Assembly (NCBI GenBank): GCA_965261545.1 | Contig: CBDHDF010000002.1 | Span: 544,001 to 608,000, forward strand | Direction of reading: 5' to 3' | Length of the DNA stretch: 64,000 nucleotides | Origin: Bdellovibrionales bacterium | GTDB taxonomy: Bacteria; Bdellovibrionota; Bdellovibrionia; Bdellovibrionales; UBA1609 | Shown here: in pieces, positions 19,615 to 30,883 of the stretch | How positions within the stretch are numbered: position 1 is the stretch's first letter | Layout: every line of letters starts with the position of its first letter | Notes under the pieces: model-generated | What the model was told of the DNA's origin: nothing | Seen by the model: only the letters and a program-made list of their open reading frames with translations | Databases searched by the model: none | Program-made: the position numbers and the translations under genes

Positions 19615-22046
19615 GTCTCAATATGACAGTCTTGTTCCAAACATAGGAGGTTCTTAATGAATCACGAAGAACTTATAGGTTCTCTTAAAAAACTCCGACT
19701 TCCAGCGATGGCGGATGAATATGTTGCAACGGCTAGAGTTGCCGAAAAAACAAAAAAGACGTATGAACAGTATTTAGGTATACTCGTTCAAAATGAGCTT
19801 GCTGACAAGCATTCCCAGAGAGTGAAAAGATTGCTTAAGGGGGCCAAGCTTCCTTATAGTGGACCCCAAAAACAGACTGGTTGCTAAGTTACACCGCAGC
19901 GGGTAAAAAGCCCCTCATAGGAGGGGATAATGAGAAAGAAACACAGCGCACAATTTAAGGCCAGAGTCGCACTTGACGCCATTCGTGAGACTGACACAAT
20001 GGCAGAGTTGGCCTCCAAGCATGGAGTTCACCGCATCCAAATCCAAGATTGGAAGAAGCAAGCTATTGAAGCCATTCCTAAGGCCTTAGCGAGCAAAAAA
20101 AAGGACAACAACGAGGTAGAAGAACAAAGAAAAACCATTGATGAATTGTATCGGCAAATAGGGCAGTTAAAGGTTGAAAATGATTGGTTAAAAAAAAAAT
20201 CTGAGAGCTTCAATGCCTGAGAAAAAAGCCGCTATCAATTGGAAACATCCAAATATTTGTGTCACTCGCCAATGTGAGTTGCTAGGACTCTCTAAGGGAG
20301 CCTTGTACTACAAGCCCATACCTGAGAGTGCCTACAACTTAAAACTGATGAGTTTAATTGACAAACAGTACTTGGAGACCCCTTTTTATGGAAGCCGTAA
20401 AATGGCAGCTCACTTAAGACTTAATGGCCATCGGGTCAACCGCAAGAGGATTCAGCGGCTCATGGAAAAGATGTGTCTTTTCGCTATCTTCCCAGGTCCA
20501 AACACCAGTCAGCGAAACCATCAGCATAAGGTTTATCCCTACCTACTTAAGGGGCTTAATATCTGCTCCCCCAACCAAGTGTGGGCTACTGATATTACTT
20601 TTATAAGGTTGTCTGGTGGCTTTGCTTACTTGGTAGCTGTGATAGATTGGTTTAGCCGATTTGTTCTGTCTTGGAGACTTTCTAATAGCCTTGAGACAAC
20701 TTTTTGTTTAGAAGTCTTTGAGGAAGCCATAGAAACATTTGGTTGCCCTGATATCGTCAATACTGATCAAGGGTGCCAATTCACTTCTGAGGTTTTCACA
20801 AAATTATTGAAAAATCATGGAATCTCGATCAGTATGGACGGCAAAGGCAGGTGTTTAGACAACATCATGATCGAGCGGCTTTGGCGGTCTGTTAAGTACG
20901 AAGAGGTTTACTTGAAAGGCTATCAAGACAAATCAATGGTTCAAGCCAACAAAGGTTTTAAAACGTATTTTAATTTTTATAATAATAAAAGGCCACACCA
21001 GTCTCTTCAGGATTGCACCCCTTATCAGGTGCATATGGGAGAGGTGGATTTAACACATTAACACGGGGCTTCTTTGTGCGCTGTGGTGTAGCTTAAAAAT
21101 CAAGTTTTTCAGTCTGACATTGGGGTCCACCTCAATGTTGTGTTTTACGGAAGCTTTGGAATGGGGAAAAGTCATTTGGCCATGTCCCTAGTTCGTTCAC
21201 TCTGTGAACAAGGCTATCGATGTTTATGGGTCACCACTCATGAACTTATTGAAACAATGCGTGAAAGCAAGAAAGAACTCTCATTGAATGCTCTTTTTAA
21301 GAAATTAGACCGTTTTGATCTTATTGCTTGTGATGAACTTGGCTATACAGCTTCCTGCACAGAGGGGGCAGATCTTTTCTTTCAATTCATATCTCAGCGA
21401 TATGAAAGGAAAAGTCTCATGATCACTACAAACTTAACATACTCTGAATGGGATAAGGTGTTTCTTAACCCTATTACCACCGCTGCTGCTGTTGATCGAA
21501 TCATTCACAACTGTGAAACCCTCAACATTGAAGGAAAAGAAAGTTGGAGAACCGAATCGGCAAAAGCCAAGTCTAAACAGAGCAAAGAGGAAAGTTCAAC
21601 CAAAGAAGTTCATTAGAGATCCCCACTTTTGGGGAAGGAACTCGCCAGTTATCCACAAAATTTATCCACAGCAGCACTGCGTTGCTAGACATCGGGGTCA
21701 CAGCCGCAGTGTCGCCATGGATAAATTTATGGATAACTGGCTTTTACCGTACTATTTGCTCGTCACTCTCGCGGAGCTTTAGACATTAGCTGCGCCAAGG
21801 AATCCTGAAAAATACTCCATTTACCTCTGCCATAGGGCTGAAGGATGCATTTGGGGTCATGCCAAAAGTGGTGGGCAGAAAATCATTCCTCAGAATCTTG
21901 TGGCATAGTCCGAGTTAAATGATGAGCAAAATAAAGACACTTGACTAAACTCTGAACGAAGAATAACTAAATCAGTACATCATCAACTGGCCGTTTTTCA
22001 TTGGCGACGGCTTCTAAAAATGGCCAATTTTAATTGGCGCCTAACA
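19615..22046 (+). mobile_element. IS21-family type B, 3' part (istB split by IS3, with adjacent deletion)
   Basis: Matches 39541-40795 in reverse complement and ends ggcgcctaaca. Confidence 0.9.
19855..21134 (+). mobile_element. IS3-family element copy (orfA 19930-20220, orfB 20213-21061)
   Basis: Same ends and ORFs as 16366-17645. Confidence 0.95.
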
Positions 22047-22265
22047 CGGATAAAGATCAGCAGCGAGGAAGCCTACATGTGGGTTGTTTCTGTATCAGTG
22101 AGAAAACAGATATAGAAACAAGATTGCGGATAGTCGGGTTCAAGGACGAATTTTGAAAACAGACGATCTAAATGGGGACCTACGTCCGGGAACTCACCAA
22201 CACATCGGCGGCACTTCCATAGGTGGAGACCTCCTTACTCGACCGGGCATTTTAATTGTTAGCTA

Positions 22266-22859
22266 CCTGAAATCCCTAAAAGTTGTAACTAGGTTTAATG
22301 TATTGCGTTAACTCTCTTTTCCTATGGAATTGGCTACTATCAACGGTTTGAGAGGTTTAATAGTATTAATATATTTAATATGACTCATAAAAATCTTCTT
22401 CGAAAGGTCCTTCGTTCCCATTGGATCGACAATATAAATTAGGCATAGTGGTAGCCTGCTTCTCTTCCTTGTCCCAAAAGCTTTTAACTTTATAGAGATA
22501 GGTTTTTCTTCAGTAACCCTCTCCAAAATTAGTTTCAGCTCCTATAGCCTGTTTCATGTGTTCTTGGGAAAGATATATCGCAGATTTTTCCTCTATTTGA
22601 AACAATTTTGAGAGATATTTCTTTCATTAAGATTATTATAAGAGTACACAGTTTAAAATAGCAGTGCCAAGTTTCAAAACGAATCTCGGCAAGAACTACT
22701 GGTTTTTTCCTTATTTTTTTGCTCAAAAGTGTATGACATCGTTAATATTGTAACTATGCTTTTGAAGAGATGAAAATCTCTTAATCAAAGTGAAGGCCTT
22801 CTCAGACAATAATCAGGACTTAAGTCCTATACCTAGTTACAACTTTTAGGGATTTCAGG
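22266..22859. mobile_element. 594-bp IS1634-type MITE, copy 2
   Basis: Same sequence as 18787-19380; TSD TAGCTA. Confidence 0.92.
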
Positions 22860-23060
22860 TAGCTAACAGCAGCTAACAACCTCTTTTTGTCCATCAAAAC
22901 ATTCGAAAGGAGGTCCATTCTGGATAAATTTTCACGAAAAACTTTAGTAAGTGGATAAAACTCCGATATCTATTCTTGTACGAACTGTTTACTAAAGGCC
23001 GTAGAAATGTGCCATTCCTTGCCAGAAGAATTGTAAGCCCATTTCTGTAAAGGGGAATGT

Positions 23061-24056
23061 ATGTTTATTATAAAAAAAGCTGTATTAATATTTGTTTGTT
23101 TGTGGCTATTCGCTTGTGCAAAGGACTCTACAGATTCAAACTCTAGCCATAATCCTCCTCCCAGTGAGCCAGCCCCCACAAATCCCCCCAATGTTCCGTC
23201 TGTAAATTGTCCAGCAGGTTTCGTAGATGTTCCTGCCCTGGCAGGGTATACAAACCGAGATTTTTGTGTGGCTAAATATGAAATGAGAAAGGTGGGGAGT
23301 CAAGCTCTCTCTCAAGCTGAGGGAACTCCCTACGTAAAGATTAGTAGAGATGATGCAACGGCTGCATGTCAAGCGATGTCTTCTCCCCATGCTTCGGGGA
23401 GGTATAACTTGATTTCTAACGATGAGTGGCAAACTCTCGCTCGAAATATTGAGTCTGTATCTAGCAATTGGCGGGGTGATTTTATTGGCTCCGGCGCTCT
23501 CAATCAAGGTTATGCTTTTTTGAATATAAGTGATAATGATATTATCAATGGAAATTTTGTTCTTCTCGAAGCAAGTGCTGTTGATGATTTAGGTTGTTTT
23601 GGGATGAATGTAGATGTGAGGGATTGCAATGGTCGTACTTGGCACGAAAAGAAAAGAACTCACACTTTGAGCAATGGACAAGTCATTTGGGATTTAGGTG
23701 GAAATGTGTCGGAGTGGGTTCGAGATGACAATAGCACTCATTATGGGCCTGACAGTAAAATATCTCGAATCACAACAACAAGTCATACCCTTACTGGGCG
23801 ATTAGAGAGCGGAGTTATGAGAAATGCAAAAGGTCAGTTTGGGCCCAGTGGAAATTACCTGAATTTGGACTCTAGTCGCTTTAGTGGGCTCGGTCAGGCT
23901 CTATTAGACCTCACTAAAAACAATAGGCCTTATTATCGAGGTGCCGTCATGCGCGGGGGCTACTTCGCTCAAGGAGGTATTTTTTCTACGAGGTTGCGAC
24001 TTCACCCCTCAAGTGAGTTTCATCTTCTTGGTTTTCGTTGCACTTATTATCCATAG
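23061..24056 (+). CDS. Lipoprotein with FGE-sulfatase/C-type-lectin-fold domain
   Basis: Lipobox LFAC, Pro-rich linker, FCVAKYEM, LISNDEW, IWDLGGNVSEWV, AVMRGG and LGFRC. Confidence 0.85.
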   Translation: MFIIKKAVLIFVCLWLFACAKDSTDSNSSHNPPPSEPAPTNPPNVPSVNCPAGFVDVPALAGYTNRDFCVAKYEMRKVGSQALSQAEGTPYVKISRDDATAACQAMSSPHASGRYNLISNDEWQTLARNIESVSSNWRGDFIGSGALNQGYAFLNISDNDIINGNFVLLEASAVDDLGCFGMNVDVRDCNGRTWHEKKRTHTLSNGQVIWDLGGNVSEWVRDDNSTHYGPDSKISRITTTSHTLTGRLESGVMRNAKGQFGPSGNYLNLDSSRFSGLGQALLDLTKNNRPYYRGAVMRGGYFAQGGIFSTRLRLHPSSEFHLLGFRCTYYP

Positions 24057-24058
24057 CC

Positions 24059-24189
24059 GAATACCGTTTCCTTAAGTTTTAAGAAGTGCATTTTTGCAAT
24101 AAGTCATTTTGTTCTAGTAGCCTATGGAGGTTCAAAAGCCTAGAGCATGGCAAAAGTGAATCTGGTGACCTCTTAAGGAAGCGGCATTG
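24059..24189. mobile_element. 131-bp IS4-type MITE
   Basis: Degenerate caatgccgtttccttaag TIRs; inverted homolog at 24920-25050. Confidence 0.8.
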
Positions 24190-24274
24190 CACCATGCCCC
24201 CTAGTTCAAAGAGAAATCTGCGGGCTCATAGCCCTCAATATTTCTCTTCTTACAAGAGAGGCAAGAATGAGTCG

Positions 24275-24721
24275 TTACGATAAATGGGAATTAAGAAGTT
24301 GAGGTTTTTCAACAACTTCGATATCGGAACTGTCCTGATGAAGCACTTGGTGCACAACTCGCTCAGTCACTTGGGAAAGATAGCCTTCAAGGACCTTAGA
24401 AAATTCTAAGTATTGTGGCCACAAAGTTTCGTCAACAAAGGAGTTGGATACTTTAGCCATAACCGTTGTATAGCGTTGGCCACGATACCGATAGGGTTTA
24501 ATTCCATACCTTCGTAGAAGGGCGACGAAAACTTTTCGTGACCACATATCCTGCATTGCAAATGAATACTCAACCGGAGGTTCTTCAACTTCTAGGCTTT
24601 TTAGTCGTTCAAGAATGCGCTCTTTGGCATGCTCAGCCGCAACTCGCTCACCCTTCGTAGTGGCTCCAGAACAAAGTGCTCCAATCAAGCGCAGCTTTTC
24701 AATAAGTTTTTCTTCATTCAT
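24275..24721 (-). CDS. Hypothetical protein (N-terminus resembles DUF2786-like helical motif)
   Basis: 148-aa ORF with EKL..I.AL..GATT.GE..AA and LLRRYGIKPYRY..QRYTTVM. Confidence 0.65.
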   Translation of the reverse strand: MNEEKLIEKLRLIGALCSGATTKGERVAAEHAKERILERLKSLEVEEPPVEYSFAMQDMWSRKVFVALLRRYGIKPYRYRGQRYTTVMAKVSNSFVDETLWPQYLEFSKVLEGYLSQVTERVVHQVLHQDSSDIEVVEKPQLLNSHLS

Positions 24722-24919
24722 TCTATAGTTTCCACCATAAGATTCGTTGTGTTTTTCAAATAAAATATTTAGTAGGTTGGGAGCCTAACACTATTGTATC
24801 TGTACAAGAATATGTAATGACGGGAGTCATTACATATTCTTTGCTTCATTTCCTGCTTTTTCATGACGCAATACACATAATAAAATAGGAAATAAGCGGT
24901 AAAGTCTAGTCTTCTGGGT

Positions 24920-25050
24920 CAGTGCCGTTTCCTTAAGAGGTCACCAGATTCCCTTTTGCTATGTTCTAGGCTCTTAAGCCTCCATAGGCTACTAGAACGC
25001 AATGACTCGTCGCAAAAATGCACTTCTCAAAACTTAAGGAAACGGCATTG
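24920..25050. mobile_element. 131-bp IS4-type MITE
   Basis: cagtgccgtttccttaag...cttaaggaaacggcattg; TIRs match the IS4 type A element. Confidence 0.85.
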
Positions 25051-25843
25051 CCCCATGGGAGGTTACCAATTTATCAAGTAGGCTTGGCCTGTGGGCTTTA
25101 AGATATTTTTTTAGTTCTTCTTGCCCCCAGTCTGGATCTAAAAAGACAACTTGATCCTGATATCGTTTCATGAAATATTCGATTTCATTAGAAGGGCTGA
25201 TGCCAAAGGCAATATCGTTGAGTTTAAATTGAAAGTCTCCCTTGAGCCGCCACTCCCTCTCCCACCTAAAATCAGAATAACCATATGTAGATAGGAATGA
25301 TGGACCAAATCCTTCAAATAAGTGCATCATGGGTCTTATATCTTCCCGCCCCTTCTTATACAGATCATCTAACGTTCTGCTAAAGGCTCTATTCTTGGAA
25401 CTGAAATAAAATACGGGATTCCCTCCAGATTCTATGATCTTATCTTGGTGGAAAGCTAAACCATATTTCTGATATTGATTTTTCTTGGACTTAGTGAGTT
25501 TGCAAAAAGTATTTAATTCATTCAAAGGGGCTTCAGAAAAGCATACCGCCTTCATCCAACTGGGATCAGCCCCTCCATTATTATAGACCTTACCCCATTG
25601 AGGGCGATACATGTTAATCTTTGTTTTAAAATATCCAAATGGGGAACACGCCTTAATTCTTAAATCTCTAATGATCTTTTCAAGAGACCCCTTGGCCTCG
25701 ACAGAACTGTTGACCAATTCATATCCAGAGGGGTCATCACGAAAAACTCGAAATTCCTCATAGGCCCCATTTTTAGTTAAATGAACTAAAAAGTGAGATA
25801 AATCCGCTCTACTTCTAATCTGAGGCATATTGGGAGTTGACAT
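25034..25843 (-). CDS. AbiGi-like (abortive-infection-associated) protein
   Basis: DLS.FLVHLT, VCFSEAPL, YGLAF, GGNPVFY and DFRWEREWR motifs. The last codons and stop come from the MITE. Confidence 0.7.
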   Translation of the reverse strand: MSTPNMPQIRSRADLSHFLVHLTKNGAYEEFRVFRDDPSGYELVNSSVEAKGSLEKIIRDLRIKACSPFGYFKTKINMYRPQWGKVYNNGGADPSWMKAVCFSEAPLNELNTFCKLTKSKKNQYQKYGLAFHQDKIIESGGNPVFYFSSKNRAFSRTLDDLYKKGREDIRPMMHLFEGFGPSFLSTYGYSDFRWEREWRLKGDFQFKLNDIAFGISPSNEIEYFMKRYQDQVVFLDPDWGQEELKKYLKAHRPSLLDKLVTSHGAMPFP

Positions 25844-25915
25844 GATGATTTCCTTGTATTGGGGCTTGAAATTTCAGAAAAAATGCTGTACCTTAGCTAG
25901 AGGTAGGAGTATACC

Positions 25916-26224
25916 ATGAGCCAACCAGAGAGGTTAGATACAATTATCCTTGAAGACCAACTCAATCTCAATTCCAAAGAGATATTGGACAGAGTGCTTC
26001 ATATTGCAAACGAAAGGGCTCAACTCTATGGTTGGCAATCCTTTGAACTGAAAGCCTTAGACGACAAAGCCATCGCAAAGGATGGACTTCGTCGCTTTGA
26101 GTTTGATGTATGGGGGTTGTCTGAAGAGAGTCTCAATACTGACTCTAACAAAGGCAAGTCATCTGAATCAACCTACAAAGATGAGGGCTATGCAGCCTCT
26201 CCCTCAAAAGAGGTTGGTTTATAA
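25916..26224 (+). CDS. Hypothetical protein (102 aa)
   Basis: RBS AGGAG before ATG; divergent from the AbiGi-like gene. Confidence 0.6.
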   Translation: MSQPERLDTIILEDQLNLNSKEILDRVLHIANERAQLYGWQSFELKALDDKAIAKDGLRRFEFDVWGLSEESLNTDSNKGKSSESTYKDEGYAASPSKEVGL

Positions 26225-26336
26225 TTTCTACACTATTGATGGGTTCATAAAATCCTACTACTCCAACTGCATCAAACTTATTACTTGAATCCGTCACGAA
26301 AACATAAACATTTTTCTGAATCTCCTTTCCTAAGTA

Positions 26337-28481
26337 GTTCCTGTCCAGGGAAGAAAGTTAAGTAGTTTTAAGTATTTACATGCCTTCCCTTTAGATTTTA
26401 TGCTTTAAAATGGAGTCCATCAAACATAATCCGTGTAAATTCAGTTACTTACATAAAACGGAAAAATAAAATAAGTTCCCCCCCCTCTCTTGACGAACCT
26501 TTCACAGCCCCTCCCTTTCAGTGACTTATGTGGCTATCAACTGGTTACTTGATATGAGAGGAAGAGTTGGATCAACCTGTGTTTCCACCGTGGTGATTTC
26601 AAACCTCCTTCAGGGAAATAACATTACGTTGCGCATCAACTTCAAAAAATACTTGACGTGTTTTTTCAGAGAAATAATTTTTGATATTTTATTCTTCATT
26701 TATTTTTTATGTAGGTTTTAGGAGGCGTGGGAACCTCTCTATGAGGTAGAATTCTTATCCATGTTCTCCGAGAACCTCTCTGATTTTTTTCTTCTTAAAA
26801 GACATCCTTGCTCACTTTTTTCCCTCAAAAAAACGTATGTTAATATAAAAATTAAAGAGAAACTTTCACCAAAGGGGGGACTATGCGCCATTTGAAGAAG
26901 ACACAGTTGGGACTCTTTTCCCAATATCCTAACCACCAACTCAGTACAGAATTGCAGCAAATTAATAACATCATTGATCGCCATCCAGAGTTTGCCCATA
27001 TGGTTCATGAAGACCTTGTTAAAGAAAAGAAAGATTCTGGTGATATTGGTATGACATCGGAGCAAGTTCTCAAGGTGGCTATTCTTAAATCCATAAGAGG
27101 TCTTTCCTATCGTGCGTTAGCCTTTAATCTTGTCGATTCAGTATCCACCAGAGCTTTTCTGGGCCTTGAATTGGAAGAAAATTACGCTCACTCCACCTTA
27201 CAGGACTTGATTGTTCAAATAAGTGAAGAAACTTGGGGAATTATTAGCGCCTCTTTAGTTTCAGATGCAAGAGATCAAAAGATTGAGCCGTGTAAGAAAA
27301 TGAGAGTGGACAGTACAGTGACGAAATCAAATATTCATCATCCAACGGATGCATCGCTTTTATATGACTGCATAAGAGTTACAGAAAGAGAATTTAAAAA
27401 AGTTCGTAAAAATGTCATGAAAGATTTTTGGCGACTTATTTCAAGAGAAGATCTTAAGAGAGCAAAAACCTTGCTTTACAAAATTAATAATTCCAAAAAT
27501 GATGCGGAAAGACTACCTTGCTATAAGGAGCTTTTAAAAATCGCTACCAAATTGAACAAAGGATTACCTGATACCATCAGAAAGATAAAAAAAGAACAAA
27601 AATGTGTGAAGATGAATGCTTTGAAAAAGAGTCTAAAACAGTTAGAAAATGTTGCCTTCTACCTGGAAAAAATCATCTTTCAAACTCAAAAAAGAGTTAT
27701 TGAGGGGAAAAAAGTATCTTCTGAAAAAAAGGTCCTATCCATCTTTGAACCGCATACAGACATTATTGTAAAGGGGCAAAGAGAAGTCGAGTTTGGGCAT
27801 AAAATCTTTTTGACCTCAGGGCAAAGCAACATGATTTTAGATTGTCAGATCCCTGATGGCAACCCCGCAGACTCTGATATGTTTTTAAAAGTTATGAATT
27901 CAGTGACACAAACCTATGGGGCTTGCCCTGTAAAAGTAAGTGCAGATGGTGGGTTTGCTTCAAAAGAAAATCTTGAAGAGGCCAAAGAGATGGGGGCTAA
28001 AGATGTTTGCTTCCCAGAAAAAAAAGGAATGAAAATATTAAAGATGGTTAAAAGTGCTTGGGTCTTTAAAAATCTTCTCAATTGGAGAGCCGGAATAGAG
28101 GCTGTTATTTCATTCCTTAAGAGATGTTTTGGTATGAGAGTTGCTTACTGGAAAGGGCATGATGGTTTTAAGAGGTATGTAAAGAATGCCGTTTGTGCCT
28201 ATAATTTTGTTGTCTTGGCAAGACATGAATTATCAACTGTCACCTAAATTTATCCATTAGGAATAACAGCAATGGACCAGGTCGAAGGTGCTAAAATCTT
28301 CCAAAGGTAGGGGTGCGTCTTCAAATCGAAAAAACTAGGGCGCAAGTCGCTTAAAGACCTTTTTCCCCTTAATCTGTAGAGTTTGTGTGGCAAATCTCCA
28401 ACTCTCACTCCCCCATTGAGGCATTGGGAGGCTCAATGGGGAGTGTCAGAGAACAAAAAATGGGCCTTTCTGGACAGAAAC
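26337..28481 (+). mobile_element. ISNCY/IS5-like DDE element (2145 bp; transposase 26883-28247)
   Basis: TIR gttcctgtccag / ctggacagaaac; 6-bp TSD TAAGTA; motifs DSTV..SNIHHPTD, EFGHK, ADGGFAS, RAGIEA.IS.LKR. Confidence 0.88.
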
Positions 28482-28621
28482 TAAGTAGCTAAACGGGCAT
28501 CGATCCTCTGGGTCACCGATGATAAAGGCTTTTGACCCAATGCCGTTTCCTTAAGCCACCACACCCCTCTGCCTGCGTTAAGCTATTTCTTTTAAAAGAA
28601 CTCCGAGTTCTTTTGAGAGAC

Positions 28622-30883
28622 TGAGGTGGACCCCAATGTCAGACTGAAAAACTTGATTCTTAAGCTACACCACAGCGCACAAAGAAGCCCCGTGTTAATG
28701 TGTTAAAGGCACCTCTCCCATATACACCTGATAAGGGGTGTAATCCTGAAGAGACTGGTGTGGCCTTTTATTATTATAAAAATTAAAATACGTTTTAAAA
28801 CCTTTGTTGGCTTGAACCATTGATTTGTCTTGATAGCCTTTCAAGTACACCTCTTCGTACTTAACAGACCTCCAAAGCCGCTCGATCATGATGTTGTCTA
28901 AACACCTGCCTTTGCCGTCCATACTGATAGAAATTCCATGGCTTTTCAACAATTTTGTGAAAACCTCAGAAGTGAATTGGCACCCTTGATCGGTATTGAC
29001 AATATCAGGGCAACCAAATGTTTCTATGGCTTCCTCAAAGACTTCTAAACAAAAAGTTGTCTCAAGGCTATTAGAAAGTCTCCAAGACAGCACAAATCGG
29101 CTAAACCAATCTATCACAGCTACCAAGTAAGCAAAGCCACCAGACAATCTTATAAAAGTAATATCAGTAGCCCACACTTGGTTGGGGAGCAGATATTAAG
29201 CCCCTTAAGTCAATGCCGTTTCCTTAAGAAAAATCTCTTGAAATCATTAGATAAATCGACAAGAATAAGACTTGTTTTATTTTACACCCAACCCTCAACC
29301 AAGGAGTAAGTCACATGCAATCCAATATTGATCTCGAAAGCCCCCAAATGACGAGTTCGCGTCACAGATGACCATTTTATTCTACCAAAACTTGATTCTT
29401 CCTTCAAGCCAGAGCACCTTGTCGATCCAGAAAAACAAAAAAGGAATCGAAAATTTAATCCTCAAATTTTCTTTTTTACCATTATCTATCTTATTTCAGG
29501 AACAAATTACGAAGGCTACCAAATCGCTCTTAAGACGGTATGGACTCATTTTGGTGACCTGCTTCTCATGCCAGTCAAAAGCAGTCTCAGCAAGATACGT
29601 CAAAGTATTTCTTACCTATTTTTCAAAGATATCTTTGAATCTCTAATTACAGACTACGAACCATTGAGAAAAACGTTTCATGGCTTTTATATCTATGCCA
29701 TAGATGGCGACCAATTAGCACTTCCTCGCTCTAAAGATCTTTTAAAGGAGGGTTATTGTGGGTACCCTTGCCCAAATGAGATGGAAACTCATTTCTTACG
29801 TATGTATCTATCTCATGCTTATGACGTTTTATCGGGTGTGACAAAGAATCTTTGCTATTCTCCCGCTCTGAACGAAATCGCCAATGCTATTCAAATGATA
29901 GGTAGTTTTGAGAGTAATAGCATAACTCTCTACGATAGGCTTTATTTATCTACAGAGATTATTAAGGCCCATGCTCAAGCCAGTAACTTCTTTATTGCGC
30001 GTTGTAAGCGAGGCTCTACTTTTATCCCCATTGTAAATTTATTTAATGGCCCAGGTTGGTATTCACGAATGGTTATTGAGGGGGTGGTCATTCATCTCTA
30101 TAAGTATAAAAACCCAAAGACTGGGGAGTTCTCTGTTTTGGCCACTAATCTTCCGCATGGCTCCTTGGACAAGAAGGATATGGTTGCTCTTTACTCTCGT
30201 CGTTGGGAAATAGAAACGACATTCCGTGATTTTACATCGACAATGAAAATGGAGCAGTGGCACTCAACAAGCCTTAATGGAATATTGCAAGAGCTGTATT
30301 CTTATTTTTGGCTCTTCAATTATACAAAGATTCAAATGAGCATAAATGAGGATGAAGACAGTGTGAATCAGTTGGTAAAAAATGACTACAAAAAACCTAA
30401 CTTTAAACTGATTCTTGATTTCATAATGGATAGCATCCCTCTTTTTGTTGCGGGGCTCTATCAGAAATTTAGGAAGCAGATAAAGTTGCTGATGAAGATT
30501 TCAATGGAGAAGAGGAGGCACTTCAAAAGAAGCTATGAAAGGTCTATCAAAAGGGCTGGGAGTTCTTTTAAAAGAAATAGCTTAACGCAGAGGCAGAGGG
30601 GTGTGGTGGCTTAAGGAAACGGCATTGCCCCTTAAGTAGGTAGGGATAAATCTTATGCTGATGGTTTCGCTGACTGGTGTTTGGACCTGGGAAGATAGCG
30701 AAGAAAAGACACATCTTTTCCATCCATGAGCCGCTGAATCCTCTTGCGGTTGACCCCATGGCCATTAAGTCTTAAGTGAGCTGTCATTTTACGGCTCCCA
30801 TAAAAGGGGTCCCAAGTACTGTTTGTCAATTAAACTCATCAATTTCAAGTTGTAGGCACTCTCAGGTATGGGTTTGTAGTACA
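28622..30883 (-). mobile_element. IS3-family copy disrupted by IS4 and truncated by ISKra4
   Basis: End tgaggtggacccc; orfB fragments on both sides of 29211-30627. Confidence 0.88.
29211..30627 (+). mobile_element. IS4-family element type A
   Basis: TIRs as at 12615; TSD ccccttaagt. Confidence 0.93.

Noticed and set aside
23061..24056. Diversity-generating retroelement (C-type-lectin-fold target plus an RT in the window)
   Set aside because: The only RT lies inside a clear group II intron 34 kb away, and I found no template repeat matching the gene's 3' end. A TR elsewhere in the genome is not excluded.
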